Positions 30,596 to 40,905 of a stretch of DNA of 64,000 bases are shown here, piece after piece. Made by a program: the position numbers and the translations under genes. Each line of letters starts with the position of its first letter. Positions within the stretch are counted from its first letter, which is position 1. Origin of the DNA: Acidobacteriota bacterium. Its GTDB lineage: Bacteria; Acidobacteriota; UBA6911; RPQK01; JAJDTT01. The notes below the pieces were generated by a model. That model did no database searches, had not been told where the DNA came from, and was given only the letters and a program-made list of their open reading frames with translations. The stretch is from NCBI GenBank assembly GCA_965209055.1, contig OZ242374.1, forward strand, positions 3,104,001 through 3,168,000. Reading direction: 5' to 3'.

Positions 30596-31593
30596 CGGCG
30601 CGCAAGGTTCGCTGGGCCCTGGTGGGGGCCGGAGACCTGGCTCGAAAGCGGCTCGCCGCCGCGATCCGGTCGCAACCCGGCAGCATCCTGCGCAGCCTGG
30701 TCAGCCGGGACCCGGAGGGCCGGGCGCCGGACTTGAGGACGCTTTCGCCCGAGGCGGTCCAGGTCCGCTTCGAGGAGATGCTGGAGGACGATTCCGTCGA
30801 CGCCGTCTACCTGGCGACGCCGGTCTTTCTGCACGCCCCCCAGGCCATCGCAGCCCTGAAGGCGGGCAAGGACGTCCTGGTGGAAAAACCCATGGCCATG
30901 GATCTCCGGCAGGCCCGGGAGATGTGCCGGGTCGCCCGGGACCGGGGCCGCAGGTTGTCGGTGGCCTACTATCGCCGCTTCTGGCCCCGCTTCCAACTGG
31001 TCAAGGAGATGCTGGACCGGGGCGAACTGGGAGAGTTGGTCCTGATCCGGATCGCGCTGCACAGTTGGTATCCGGGACGGGGCGGGGAGGCCGCGGACTG
31101 GAGGATCACTCCTTCCCTGTCGGGTGGGGGAGTGCTCAGCGACGTGGGTTGTCATCGGCTGGACCTGCTGGCCTGGTGGCTGGGCCCGCCCGGCAAGCTG
31201 GTGTCCCGGGTCCTGACCCTGACCCACGGATATTCGGCTGAGGATTCGGTCACCGCGCTTCTGGAATGGGAGGGCGGTCCGGCCGGCACCGTCTCCTTCA
31301 ACTGGAACAGCCGGACCTGGACCGACGAGATCCACCTGGTGGGCACCGACGCCAAAATCACCCTCCATCCGTGCGACGGCGAGACGGTGACCATCACGGC
31401 GGGACGCGACATCCGGCAGCGGTCCGTGCCCAACCCGGAAAATGCCCACGGCCCCGTCGTGGACGAATTCGCCCGGTCCATATTGGAAGACCGCCCGCCC
31501 CGCTTCGACGGCCCGGAAGGCCTCCAGGCCACTCGAATCATGGACGCCGTCTTCCGTTCCGCCCGCCAGGGCGCCTGGACGGAACTGGACTGA
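30592..31593 (+). CDS. Gfo/Idh/MocA family oxidoreductase
   Basis: ALVGAG, DAVYLATP, VLVEKPMA and GGGVLSDVGCHRLD. Confidence 0.95.
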   Translation: MTARKVRWALVGAGDLARKRLAAAIRSQPGSILRSLVSRDPEGRAPDLRTLSPEAVQVRFEEMLEDDSVDAVYLATPVFLHAPQAIAALKAGKDVLVEKPMAMDLRQAREMCRVARDRGRRLSVAYYRRFWPRFQLVKEMLDRGELGELVLIRIALHSWYPGRGGEAADWRITPSLSGGGVLSDVGCHRLDLLAWWLGPPGKLVSRVLTLTHGYSAEDSVTALLEWEGGPAGTVSFNWNSRTWTDEIHLVGTDAKITLHPCDGETVTITAGRDIRQRSVPNPENAHGPVVDEFARSILEDRPPRFDGPEGLQATRIMDAVFRSARQGAWTELD

Positions 31594-31597
31594 ACCC

Positions 31598-32863
31598 GTG
31601 GACGACTCGACGCTGGAACAACTCCGCTCCGATTTCGAGTCGGTCAGCCGGACCCTCGGGGACGGATTGCGCCGGCGGACGCCCCGGCTGGTCGCCCTGG
31701 TGGCCAAGTGGCAGAAGGAAGACCTGGTCCCGGGCCTGAGCGACCTGGACTTTCGAGTCATCTGCGACGACGGGACCTCGGCCGAAGACTGGGTCGAGGT
31801 GGATCGCGCGGTCGGGGAGATCCACCTGGAGATGGTCCGTGCGCACCCGGAATGGAACCGGATCAACGAGCACACCGCCGGGGCCGGCCTCACCGTCGGG
31901 GAGGCCATGGACGGCCGCTTCCACAACCCCGAATACGCCGCCTGGTCCGTCTGGTGGGGAGAAGGGGAGTGGTATCGGGAATTGGCCCGCCGGATCCGCC
32001 GCCGGCCCTTCGACCTGTTGGACGAGCACTACCACCTCAGCCGATTCCTGGGCTACTACTCTCCCTACATCCAGGGCATCGATCCCCCTATCAACCTGGG
32101 CCGCTTCGAGCCCAAATACCCGCTCCATTCCCGTTGCTGGCACTACTTCGCGCCTCCCATGCTGTCGGCGGCCTCCCTGCTGGCGAGGCGCAATCTCTCC
32201 GGCAAGCGCCGGGGGCTGGGCTGGCTCCATGAAGCGGGACACGCCAAGGCGGCGGTGGAGGCGGTCCTGCACCAGGTCGACAGCCACTACGAGACGCGGG
32301 AGTTGGGCGACCCGGGGCGTCTCGGCGAATTCGAGGATTTCCTGTTTACGGCCTTCGCCGAGTTGCGCGATCCGGTGCGGGAATCGGTGCGCCACCTGCC
32401 GCTTCCGCCCACGTCGGACCCCGGCGTGTTGAAGCGGAGCCTGACGGCCATGGTCTCCGATCCCCTCTCCACCCTGATCGAAAACGTGCGCTTCGTGCGG
32501 ATCCGGGCCGGCCGCTACCATTTCTACGTCAATGCCCCCCGGCACTTCGAGGTCCAGGAGCTCATGGCCATCGAGCTGAAGTGGGCGCGCAGACTGAATC
32601 ACGGCATATTCAGCAGCATCCGGGCCATTCTGGAAGAAGATGGACTGACTCCCGCGGAGTGCCTCCGCCGGCTGGAGATCGAGGTGGACCCGGTTCAGGC
32701 GGAAGCCATGGAGTTCATGGCGGACCTCTCCTCACGCACTCCACAGGACCCGGATCTGCGGCAGCTCTTCCAGGAGGCCGTGGGCCGCTTCCCCCACTAC
32801 TACCGCCTCCTGGAGCAGTCGCTGACCCGAAGCCTGGAACGGGTCTCGCACGGGAGCGCATAG
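31598..32863 (+). CDS. Hypothetical protein with nucleotidyltransferase-like motif
   Basis: PGLSDLDFRVI resembles the Pol-beta superfamily SDxD motif; operonic with the upstream genes. Confidence 0.6.
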   Translation: MDDSTLEQLRSDFESVSRTLGDGLRRRTPRLVALVAKWQKEDLVPGLSDLDFRVICDDGTSAEDWVEVDRAVGEIHLEMVRAHPEWNRINEHTAGAGLTVGEAMDGRFHNPEYAAWSVWWGEGEWYRELARRIRRRPFDLLDEHYHLSRFLGYYSPYIQGIDPPINLGRFEPKYPLHSRCWHYFAPPMLSAASLLARRNLSGKRRGLGWLHEAGHAKAAVEAVLHQVDSHYETRELGDPGRLGEFEDFLFTAFAELRDPVRESVRHLPLPPTSDPGVLKRSLTAMVSDPLSTLIENVRFVRIRAGRYHFYVNAPRHFEVQELMAIELKWARRLNHGIFSSIRAILEEDGLTPAECLRRLEIEVDPVQAEAMEFMADLSSRTPQDPDLRQLFQEAVGRFPHYYRLLEQSLTRSLERVSHGSA

Positions 32864-32931
32864 CAGTTCCTCCCGGCGGGAATCGGGCCTTTCCAACAAA
32901 CCCGGCGGGAGGTGTAGACTCATGCTGGGAA

Positions 32932-35370
32932 ATGCGGATTTCAGGGACGCGAATCGGAAACTGGCCTTGCGGTGTCGTCGTCCTGGCCGTGGCCTCCTTG
33001 ATCCAGCTCCCGTCCATGGGCCGGTCCGGTTCGTCCGAAGATGCCGTCCAGGTCCAGTCCGTCCTCCATGACCGGTGCCACTCCTGCCACAATGCCCGGT
33101 TGCTGCAGGGCGGGCTCTCTCTCCAGACCCTGACCGACGTCTTGAAGGGGGGCGCCAGCGGACCGGCCCTGGTCCCCGGATCCAGTGGGGACAGCCTCCT
33201 TTTCCGGCGGGTCAGCGGAATCCAGGAACCCCGGATGCCCTTCCGGAAAGAACCCTTGTCCCCGCAGGAACTGGCTCTCCTGCGGAGGTGGATCGACCAG
33301 GGAGCGAGGTGGCCCACCGATCAGCCGCCTCCGGCGGCAACGCCCCGGCTCGCACCCCGTTGGCCCCGGATCCCGGAAGGGCCGGCGCACCTCACCAATC
33401 CCATCGACCGCTTCGTGGCCGCGTTCCTCTCCGCTCAGGGGAAACCCTTTCCCCAGCCGGTCCCGGACCGGGTCTTCCTGAGGCGGGTCCACCTGGATCT
33501 GTGGGGGCTCCTGCCTTCCCCCCGGGAAATCGAGAGCTTCCTCTGGGAAGAGGATGAAGATAAGCGGGAACGGCGGATCCGAGCGTTGCTGGAGGATTCG
33601 GACCGCTACGCCGAGCACTGGATGAGCTACTGGAACGACCTGCTGCGAAACGACGAAGGAGTCCGCTACCACGGGGAGCGCGAATCCGTATCGGAATGGT
33701 TACAGAAGGCGCTGCAGGAGAATCTTCCCTACGACCGGTTGGTGCAGTCGCTCCTGAACCCGGCCGCCGAGGACGATCCCCGGGGTTTCCTGGTCGGCGT
33801 CAACTGGCGGGGCGAGATCAGCGCCAGCCAGAGACGATCCATGCAGGCGGCGCAAAACAGCGCCCATGTCTTCCTGGGTGTCAACCTGAAGTGCGCCTCC
33901 TGCCACGACAGCTTCGTGGACCGCTGGAAGTTGTCCGACAGCTACGGCCTCGCCAGTCTCTTCGCCGAGGAGGATTTGGAGTTGGTGCGCTGCGACGCCC
34001 CGCTTGGACGGACGGCGTCCCCCCGGTTCATCTTTCCCGAGTTGGGGACAGTTTCCGCCGGCGGCCTGGAGCAGCGTCGGCGGCAGGCGGCGGCGCTCTT
34101 CACCTCGCCACGCAACGGCCGCTTCGCCCGTACCCTGGTGAACCGCATCTGGGAGCGCCTGCTGGGCCGCGGGCTGGTCCCGGAGATGGACGATCCGGAA
34201 AGCGCCGCCTGGTCCCCCGATCTCCTGGACTGGCTGGCCTGGGACTTCGTGGAGAACGGCCACGACCTCAGGCGGTTGCTGGTTCAGATCCTGACGTCAC
34301 GGACCTACCAGATGCCGCCGGTCCAGGACTCGCCGGTGGCAGGGGCGGCCTCCGCTTTTGGCGGACCGGTCCCCAGACGCCTGACCGCGGAGCAGTTCCT
34401 GGACGGTGTCTCCTCGGTGACCGGCGAGTGGAAGATCCTGAACTCGGCGTCGGGCGACGCGGGCCGGCCCGGCCGTGCCTGGAGATTCAAGTCCAGCCCC
34501 CTGACCCGGTCACTGGGACGTCCCATACGGGACCAGGTGGTGACGGCGCGCAACCACGAATCCAGCACCCTGCAGGCCCTGGAGCTCTCGTTTGGAGACG
34601 AGTTGAACCGGTTGATCCGCCGGGGAGCCGCCAGATTGGCCGGGCAGCTCCGGCCGGCGCCCCGGAATCATTTCGACAGCGGAAACGTCAGATGGGGCAG
34701 GGTGGAGGTCGACGTCGACATCGAGGAGTTCCGCGAGTTGCGGCTTCTGGCGGTCGATATGGATTCCTACGATCCCTCGCGGGTTCGAGTGGCCTGGGCT
34801 GACGCCGAACTCGCGGGTCCGGAGGGAGTGACGCCGTTGCACCGCATCCAGGGTGAAGGAGGCTTCCAGCAACGTCCCGTCCGATTCGTTGAGCGGACGA
34901 CCCGGCGAATCACGGCGGAGGACGGGACAACCCGCACGGTCGCCGACAGGACCCCCCATGCATATTCCGAGGCGCTCGTCACCGGACTGCCCGGTGAGCT
35001 GGTCTTTCCTCTGGACGGCACGGGATTCACACGTTTCCGGGCCGTTGTAGGGGTGGACGAGAAAAGCCTGGGGAGCGACATCCACCCCAGCGTCCGTTTC
35101 TTCGTTTTCGACCGTGAGCCGGACCGGGATCGCCTGGTCCGGGAAGAAGGCGATCCTCCCGTTGCCCGGACTCCGGGCGTCGAGTCGGAGGACGAATTGG
35201 TCACCTGGCTCTACCGCTACTGCCTGGCGCGGGATCCATCCGGTTCGGAGCGGAAACTGACCCTCTCGCTGTTGGGGAATCCCCGACCCGGGGGAGCACT
35301 GGACGCGGAAGGGGTGGAAGACCTGCTCTGGGCCCTGTTCCTCTCGCCCGAGTTTCAGACCATTCGCTGA
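32932..35370 (+). CDS. Planctomycete-type cytochrome c protein (PSCyt1 + DUF1549 + DUF1553) with NPCBM-like insert
   Basis: CHSCH, WIDQGA, NPIDRF, FLRRVHLDLWGLLP, CASCHD, VNRIW, ILTSRTYQ and RRLTAEQ; FRAVVGVD is NPCBM-like. Confidence 0.9.
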   Translation: MRISGTRIGNWPCGVVVLAVASLIQLPSMGRSGSSEDAVQVQSVLHDRCHSCHNARLLQGGLSLQTLTDVLKGGASGPALVPGSSGDSLLFRRVSGIQEPRMPFRKEPLSPQELALLRRWIDQGARWPTDQPPPAATPRLAPRWPRIPEGPAHLTNPIDRFVAAFLSAQGKPFPQPVPDRVFLRRVHLDLWGLLPSPREIESFLWEEDEDKRERRIRALLEDSDRYAEHWMSYWNDLLRNDEGVRYHGERESVSEWLQKALQENLPYDRLVQSLLNPAAEDDPRGFLVGVNWRGEISASQRRSMQAAQNSAHVFLGVNLKCASCHDSFVDRWKLSDSYGLASLFAEEDLELVRCDAPLGRTASPRFIFPELGTVSAGGLEQRRRQAAALFTSPRNGRFARTLVNRIWERLLGRGLVPEMDDPESAAWSPDLLDWLAWDFVENGHDLRRLLVQILTSRTYQMPPVQDSPVAGAASAFGGPVPRRLTAEQFLDGVSSVTGEWKILNSASGDAGRPGRAWRFKSSPLTRSLGRPIRDQVVTARNHESSTLQALELSFGDELNRLIRRGAARLAGQLRPAPRNHFDSGNVRWGRVEVDVDIEEFRELRLLAVDMDSYDPSRVRVAWADAELAGPEGVTPLHRIQGEGGFQQRPVRFVERTTRRITAEDGTTRTVADRTPHAYSEALVTGLPGELVFPLDGTGFTRFRAVVGVDEKSLGSDIHPSVRFFVFDREPDRDRLVREEGDPPVARTPGVESEDELVTWLYRYCLARDPSGSERKLTLSLLGNPRPGGALDAEGVEDLLWALFLSPEFQTIR

Positions 35371-35383
35371 AGTTCCGCCTTTC

Positions 35384-35438
35384 CTACCCGCCGGCCCGCC
35401 GCTTCGCCAGGTAATCGGCCAAACCCCGGCTCCAGTGG
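35384..35438 (-). other. Displaced original 3' end of rfbD / left attachment site
   Basis: Minus strand reads HWSRGLADYLAKRRAGG*, matching the rfbD C-terminus HWSRGLADYLAGTRSGR*. 35406-35438 matches 62158-62190 at 31/33 nt. Confidence 0.9.
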
Positions 35439-35581
35439 CGCGCTTCGCCAAGGGGACAGTTTCGTTCACAAGGGCGCGCTTCGCCAAGGGGACAGTTTCG
35501 TTCACGCGCTTCTCCCAAGGGCGCGCTTCGCCAAGGGGACAGTTTCGTTCACAAGCAGAAAAAGGGGACAGTTTCGTTCAC
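35437..35581 (+). repeat. Clustered REP-like repeats upstream of RAYT
   Basis: GGCGCGCTTCGCCAAGGGGACAGTTTCGTTCAC at 35437, 35473 and 35520, plus a partial AAGGGGACAGTTTCGTTCAC at 35562. A related inverted GGGACTGTCCCTTT lies near 36961 on the other side of the gene. Confidence 0.85.
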
Positions 35582-35795
35582 GGAGGCCACAAGGGTGCGG
35601 GCTCCTTACGCTGTTTCGCTTCCAAGAGGACGCAGGTGGTCACTTGGTCGGATTTCTCGGTCACTTCGGGAATCCCGAGAATTGCCGGTTTTCTAAAGTT
35701 TTCTTCGCCGTTCTTGGTTCTGAGTCGTTGTTTTCATCAGGGACGTGAACCGACGCCCCATCGTGTCCGAGTTGGTTGAACCGAGTATCGTAGCC

Positions 35796-36731
35796 ATGGC
35801 CCGAACCGCACGACACAAGAGCCCGGACGCCGCCTTCTACCACATCACCAATCGTGTCACCGGCTCGCCCGATTGGTTCCCCTTCGAAGACCCGCAAGCC
35901 CGTCAGAAACTCCTGGACATGATTTTGTTCTACGTCAACGCCTACCGGTGCCGTCTGGCCGCTTTCCAGATCATGGGCAACCATTACCACTTCATCGTCC
36001 ATTTTGAAAAACCCCGCCCCTTGTCCCGACAGGAGTTGAAGGAGAGCGCCCACAAGCTTTATGGACGCAAGGCCGAGGAATATACCGCCGATTGGACCGA
36101 CGCCGATTGGAAGACGTTCAATGAGCGTCTCTTTGACCTGTCCAAACTGATGGCGAACGTGGGCGGGTTCTATGCCCGGTGGTACAACCGCACGTTTCGA
36201 AGGCGGGGCCACTTGTGGGGTGACCGGTTCAAGAACTCGGAGCTATTGGGACTTGAAGCCGTGCAGGACGCCGTCCTTTACGTGGAACTCAATGCCGTCC
36301 GGGCCGGAATGGTCAACCGGCCCGAGCAGTGGAAGTGGGGCTCGGCCCGCTGGAGAGTCACCGGCCAGGATCAGGACCTGATCCCCCTGGAGGAACTGTT
36401 CCCGCCGGCTCCGGGAACCGATGTCTACGGCAGTTACCGGGCTCGCTTGTACTATCGAGGCGCCGTCCCCACCCGGGACAACCAGGCGGCGATCCCCGGG
36501 TGGGTTGTCCTTCAGGAGCAGCACCGTGGCTTTACCCGCGCCGGAGCTTTTCGTCGGCGTTTGCGATTCCTGACGGACGGAATAGCCGTCGGGCCGGCGG
36601 AGAAGGTGGCGCAGCTGCTGGAGGCCTATCGGCAGCAAGGTCGATATCGACGTCGCCGACACCCCATCCCCCAACTGGACGGAGTGCTGTATTCCCTGCG
36701 AGAGCAACGCTCAAACGCGTTCGTCACATAG
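35796..36731 (+). CDS. REP-associated tyrosine transposase (RAYT, Y1 HUH family)
   Basis: FYHITNR, AFQIMGNHYHFIV (HUH), GHLWGDRFK, YVELNAVRAGMV and WKWGS. Confidence 0.9.
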   Translation: MARTARHKSPDAAFYHITNRVTGSPDWFPFEDPQARQKLLDMILFYVNAYRCRLAAFQIMGNHYHFIVHFEKPRPLSRQELKESAHKLYGRKAEEYTADWTDADWKTFNERLFDLSKLMANVGGFYARWYNRTFRRRGHLWGDRFKNSELLGLEAVQDAVLYVELNAVRAGMVNRPEQWKWGSARWRVTGQDQDLIPLEELFPPAPGTDVYGSYRARLYYRGAVPTRDNQAAIPGWVVLQEQHRGFTRAGAFRRRLRFLTDGIAVGPAEKVAQLLEAYRQQGRYRRRRHPIPQLDGVLYSLREQRSNAFVT

Positions 36732-37093
36732 CCTCGCCTGATCTCTGGCCGTCAATTCATCCGCCGCACGCCGCGGCATCGAACGACCAAGGTCACCTGA
36801 TCCCGCCCAATAGATTGAATCGTCCTCCTGATGTGTGGCAAGTCCTGCGGACTTTCCTCCGGACTTCCCTCCATTTGGCAGCGGATCACTCTTTCTGAGG
36901 ATCGGGATCGTCCCTATCTTCCGGTAACCTCTTTCCCGGGACGGATCGGCGGACGGATCGGGACTGTCCCTTTCTGAGGAGGACCGCCCCGTGAACGTCA
37001 CCATATGAGGGGGGACTCTCCTTTATCCCCCCGGAGTGGGGGTTGGAAATCCGTTACTCTGTGCAGATGAGAAACGGGAATAATCCTTTATTG

Positions 37094-38245
37094 TTAACAG
37101 GTTATCCCAATTCTTCCCTCTAGTTGTTCTCCCTTGGTTCTTACCCGTTGCCTGTTTGTTGCCGGTTGCGTTTGTGAGTCTTCGTTAGCCTGTGCCTCTC
37201 GAATGCTCTGGAGCGCATGCGAACTGACATACCCCGCGTAGCGCATCGTCGTGCTGATGGCCGAGTGCCCCATCAGCTTCTGCACCGTCCTCACGTCCAC
37301 CCCCTGCATCAGCCAGTGGCTGCATCGGAATCGTCTCAGGTCGTGAAATCCGACCTTCAGGCCGACCCTCTCGCCGGCCCGGCGCAGTGGCATGTCGGGA
37401 TTCACCCATCTCGTCCCAGTCCTGCTGTTGACAAAGACGTATGAGGTGTTCAGGAATCGTGGGAGCCCTGCCAGATATCCGGTGGCGTACTGCGACAGCG
37501 GTATCTCCCTCGTCCTGTCGTTCTTGGTGAGTTCCACCCATAGCAGCCTCCGGGACAGGTCCACCCGTTTCCAGGTGAGCGACAAAGCTTCGCCCTTTCG
37601 AATGCCCGTCTCGCCGATTACGGCGATCATGGCTTGCAGGTAGGGGTTGTCCACCGCCTCGACCAGGTCGCGGAACTGTTGAACTGTCAGAGGTCGGAAG
37701 ACCTTCTTCGGTTCCTTCAGTTTGGGGAACCGAATCAGCGGGTGCGTGTCCACCTCTCCGCACTCCAGCGCGTAGGAAAATAGCTTGCTGATGGCGGCGA
37801 TGGCGCGGTTCACCGTGGCCGGCTTCACCTGCTTCTTCCTCTGGGCGACGTAGCGGTGCAGGTCTTTGCGTTGGAACTCCTTCAGGGGAATGTTCCCCAG
37901 CATGGCATTGAGGCTCTTGAACGAACCCTCATAGCTCCGCCAGGAGCGCATGCGAGGTTTGCAATACTCCTCGAGAAAACGCTTGTAGAAGCTCCGGACC
38001 GTCCAGATGGTGCGTTTCCCGCCGGCGAGCTCCCGCTTGAGCTGCTTCCAGGTGCCGTCCAGGATGCTGGACTCGATTCGTGTTTGAAGCGCCTGTGCAC
38101 TCCGGTAGTTGGGGGCGTACATTCGAAGCCGACCGGATCCGTGCGGCCAGTACTTGCTGACGACGAAACGTCGTCTCCCCCGGCGATCCTTCACCTTGTA
38201 GATGCCCATGCATCTCCTCCTTTCTGGATCCGGGTTCTTCGCCAT
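37094..38245 (-). CDS. Tyrosine recombinase / phage-type integrase
   Basis: PATVNR, ETGIRKGE (R), TKN (K), FHDLRR (HxxR) and LMGHSAISTTMRY (H, Y). Confidence 0.95.
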   Translation of the reverse strand: MAKNPDPERRRCMGIYKVKDRRGRRRFVVSKYWPHGSGRLRMYAPNYRSAQALQTRIESSILDGTWKQLKRELAGGKRTIWTVRSFYKRFLEEYCKPRMRSWRSYEGSFKSLNAMLGNIPLKEFQRKDLHRYVAQRKKQVKPATVNRAIAAISKLFSYALECGEVDTHPLIRFPKLKEPKKVFRPLTVQQFRDLVEAVDNPYLQAMIAVIGETGIRKGEALSLTWKRVDLSRRLLWVELTKNDRTREIPLSQYATGYLAGLPRFLNTSYVFVNSRTGTRWVNPDMPLRRAGERVGLKVGFHDLRRFRCSHWLMQGVDVRTVQKLMGHSAISTTMRYAGYVSSHALQSIREAQANEDSQTQPATNRQRVRTKGEQLEGRIGITC

Positions 38246-38595
38246 GGGGCGAATCGTACCACGGCTCCAGAGAATCGACGGAGGCGTTCAGGTTCTTTAG
38301 AGCGAGGACGCGGCGGCGCCTTCTGCCGCCGGTTTGGGGTGAAACGGATGTCTTTGGCCCTTCGTGGCCGGGAACGGACACGTCAGCAGCCCCGGATCGC
38401 CGCGTGGCGACACCGGCAAGCTCTCCGAGCGCATGGTCGGCGGCTCCATCCGGATCACAACGCGGGACCAAGAGCCCTGGACCCCGACCGGGGTCGAGGT
38501 CCTCCAACGGCGGGCCGATTTCGCCCGGGTCCGCGATTCCGGCAAGCCGTTACGGATGACGGACCGGGGGAACTCTCCCCCCAGACCCCCCAGTG

Positions 38596-38642
38596 GCGCC
38601 CTCAAAGAGTCAGGCTCACCATGCCGGACTCTTTGAGGGCGC
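38596..38642. repeat. Perfect 16-bp inverted repeat (hairpin) upstream of the integrase
   Basis: GCGCCCTCAAAGAGTC-N15-GACTCTTTGAGGGCGC. Confidence 0.8.
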
Positions 38643-38971
38643 TCCTGTTTGTCGCGTCCCATAAGAATGGGTCCCTCGCGCGGTCTCGGACTGCTTCCAG
38701 CCGGGAGCAGACTTTCTTCCGTAGGGGGCGCTGATTGTGGGGTCAGCAAAACGACGCACCCTGTGGGAAATCTCTGATTTTCCACAGGGTGGGGAGGCTC
38801 GAACCCAGGGCCTCGGCGCTCTCTGGAAGGGATTTTCAGTTGGTATGTGTCTCTTCTTCTTGTCCGATCAAAATCTCTGGTAGGGCAAGGGTTCAACTCC
38901 ATTTCTCGCGGGGCTGAGTCTGGTCCCGGCCTGGACGGCAGGGTGGAGGGAGCGCGCCGGGGGCGGCAGAA

Positions 38972-39223
38972 TCAGGAGCGGGACCTAGGCACGGGATCCC
39001 CTCGCGATTTTTTCCGAATCCGGTTCCGAAGAGCATAGACCCAGATCAACGCGCCGCGGAGGGTCAGAGGACTCCAATCAAATGCTTCGGCTTTTTGCCG
39101 ATGCCAAACGATGAATGAGTCGCAGAGGTTAGCGGCCAAGTCCCATTGGCGATTGTGTATTGCCGCCCGGATCGCTCCGGCTTGCGCTTCATATTCGCCG
39201 TCCCAATCCCGAGAATTCTTCAT
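38972..39223 (-). CDS. Hypothetical protein
   Basis: 83-aa ORF with ATG overlapping the upstream ORF stop; no recognisable motif. Confidence 0.35.
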   Translation of the reverse strand: MKNSRDWDGEYEAQAGAIRAAIHNRQWDLAANLCDSFIVWHRQKAEAFDWSPLTLRGALIWVYALRNRIRKKSRGDPVPRSRS

Positions 39224-39637
39224 CTGCCTTCACGCTTATGGGCACTAATGACCGCTTTGGAAATAATCCAGGCGCTGACGTTCACATAGCGTTCCGCCTT
39301 TAGACATTCTGGGGCTCTATCCAGATCGTCGTCAAGGCGGCACTCATCCTTCAAGCGCACCACAACTTGTAGCCTGTGGTGGCACATAGATGATGCTGTG
39401 CCACGCGTAGGGAACAGACGCCTTGCATTGCCATAATAGGTCTTCAGAATTCTTCTAAGAGGCCTTCCCGACAGGAATACTTGATTCAATCATCTACATC
39501 GTCCAGATAAGTCCAGTATTGTCCATAAGTGTTTGTATATGATGGATTTATAACTAGACGGGACATCCGATATTGTCCCATACCGATCCGCCGAGTCCCC
39601 TTGCATCCACCATTTGGTGGAGGGTATAGTGGTAGGT

Positions 39638-40837
39638 ATGAGACTCCCGAAACGACCTCCGCAACGCAAGCCGCGCGGGCAGCATCCCCTCAATGCACTG
39701 ACACCGGCCTTTGTCCGCAACGTGAACCAGGCCGGACGCTACTGCGACGGCCACGGCCTCTATCTCGACGTGCGGCCCACGGGCAGCCGGGGCTGGATCC
39801 AGCGCCTCACCATCCGGGGCCGCCGAACCGAGCTCGGGCTCGGCGGATTCCCCCTCGTCTCGCTCAAGGAAGCGCGCGAGAAGGCTTTCGCCAACCGGAA
39901 GCTGGCCCGCGACGGGGGCGACCCCCGGGCCGAGAAGCGGCGGGCCGAGTCGATGCCCAGCTTCGCGGACGCCGCTGGGGCGGTCTGGAAGCAGTTGCGG
40001 CCGGGCTGGCGCTCCCCCCGGCATGCGCGGCTCTGGCTGAGGAGCCTGGAGCGCCACGTCTTGCCTCATATCGGATAGATACCGATTGCGACGGTGACGA
40101 GCGCGGACGTGATCGGGATTCTGGCTCCAATCTGGCACAAGAAGGCCGCTACGGCCCGGAAGCTGCGCCAGCGCATCAGCGCGGTCCTGGAGTGGGCCGT
40201 GGCGATGGATCTTCGGCCCGACAACCCGTGCGACCGGATCGGTCCGGTGCTCGGCTCGCAGGGGAAAGCCGTGCGTCACATGCGGGCGTTGCCTCACGGG
40301 GAGGTTGCGTCTGCACTCCGGACGGTGCGGGCATCGAACAAGCGGCCGGTCGTGAAGCTGGCGTTCGAGTTCCTGGTGCTGACGGCGACGCGCTCCGGCG
40401 AGGTCCGGGAAGCGGTCTGGACGGAGATTGACCGGAACCAGGGTGTGTGGACCATCCCGGCCGGACGCATGAAGGGGTATCGGGAACACCGGGTCCCGCT
40501 AACCCGCCCTGCGTTGGAGATCCTCAAGGAGGCGAAGGTGCTCGGTCGGGGCAACCGGCTCGTTTTTCCCAGAGTGAGCGGGAAGCCACTCGGGAGGACC
40601 GCCATGTCGGAACTCCTCCGGGGGTTGAGGATTGCGGCGGTGCCGCACGGGTTCCGGTCGAGTTTCCGGGACTGGGTGGCGGAGGAGACGGATCATCCCC
40701 GCGAGGTGGCGGAGGCGGCTTTGGCGCACAAGGTGCGCAACCCGGTCGAGGCCGCCTACCGGCGCACGGATCTGTTCGAGCGGCGGAGGCGTCTCATGGA
40801 CGACTGGGCGAGCTATCTGGCTGGCGAGAGTCGATGA
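39638..40837 (+). pseudogene. P4-like tyrosine integrase (Arm DNA-binding domain) with in-frame TAG at 40076-40078
   Basis: DGHGLYL and ELGLGGFPLVSLKEAR, then in the same frame after TAG: LTATRSGEVR, PHGFRSSFRDW, ALAH and AAYRRTDLFERRR. Confidence 0.92.
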
Positions 40838-40905
40838 CCAGCGGCCGGACTAATCCGTTGGGCTGACAACGGATACCCGCCCAAACCGGTTGGCGAGAAG
40901 ATGAA

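Noticed and set aside
35437-35581. Possible CRISPR array (33-nt repeats)
   Set aside because: Gaps between units are only ~3-14 nt and irregular, there are no cas genes, and the adjacent RAYT explains the repeats better.
38780-38905. tRNA-like fragments (GGCTCGAACCC, GGTTCAACTCC) as an integration site
   Set aside because: No cloverleaf or CCA end could be built; the rfbD repeat explains the island ends.
40076-40078. Programmed readthrough or recoding of the integrase TAG
   Set aside because: TAG is used as a normal stop elsewhere in the window and neighbouring genes are decayed, so a nonsense mutation is simpler.
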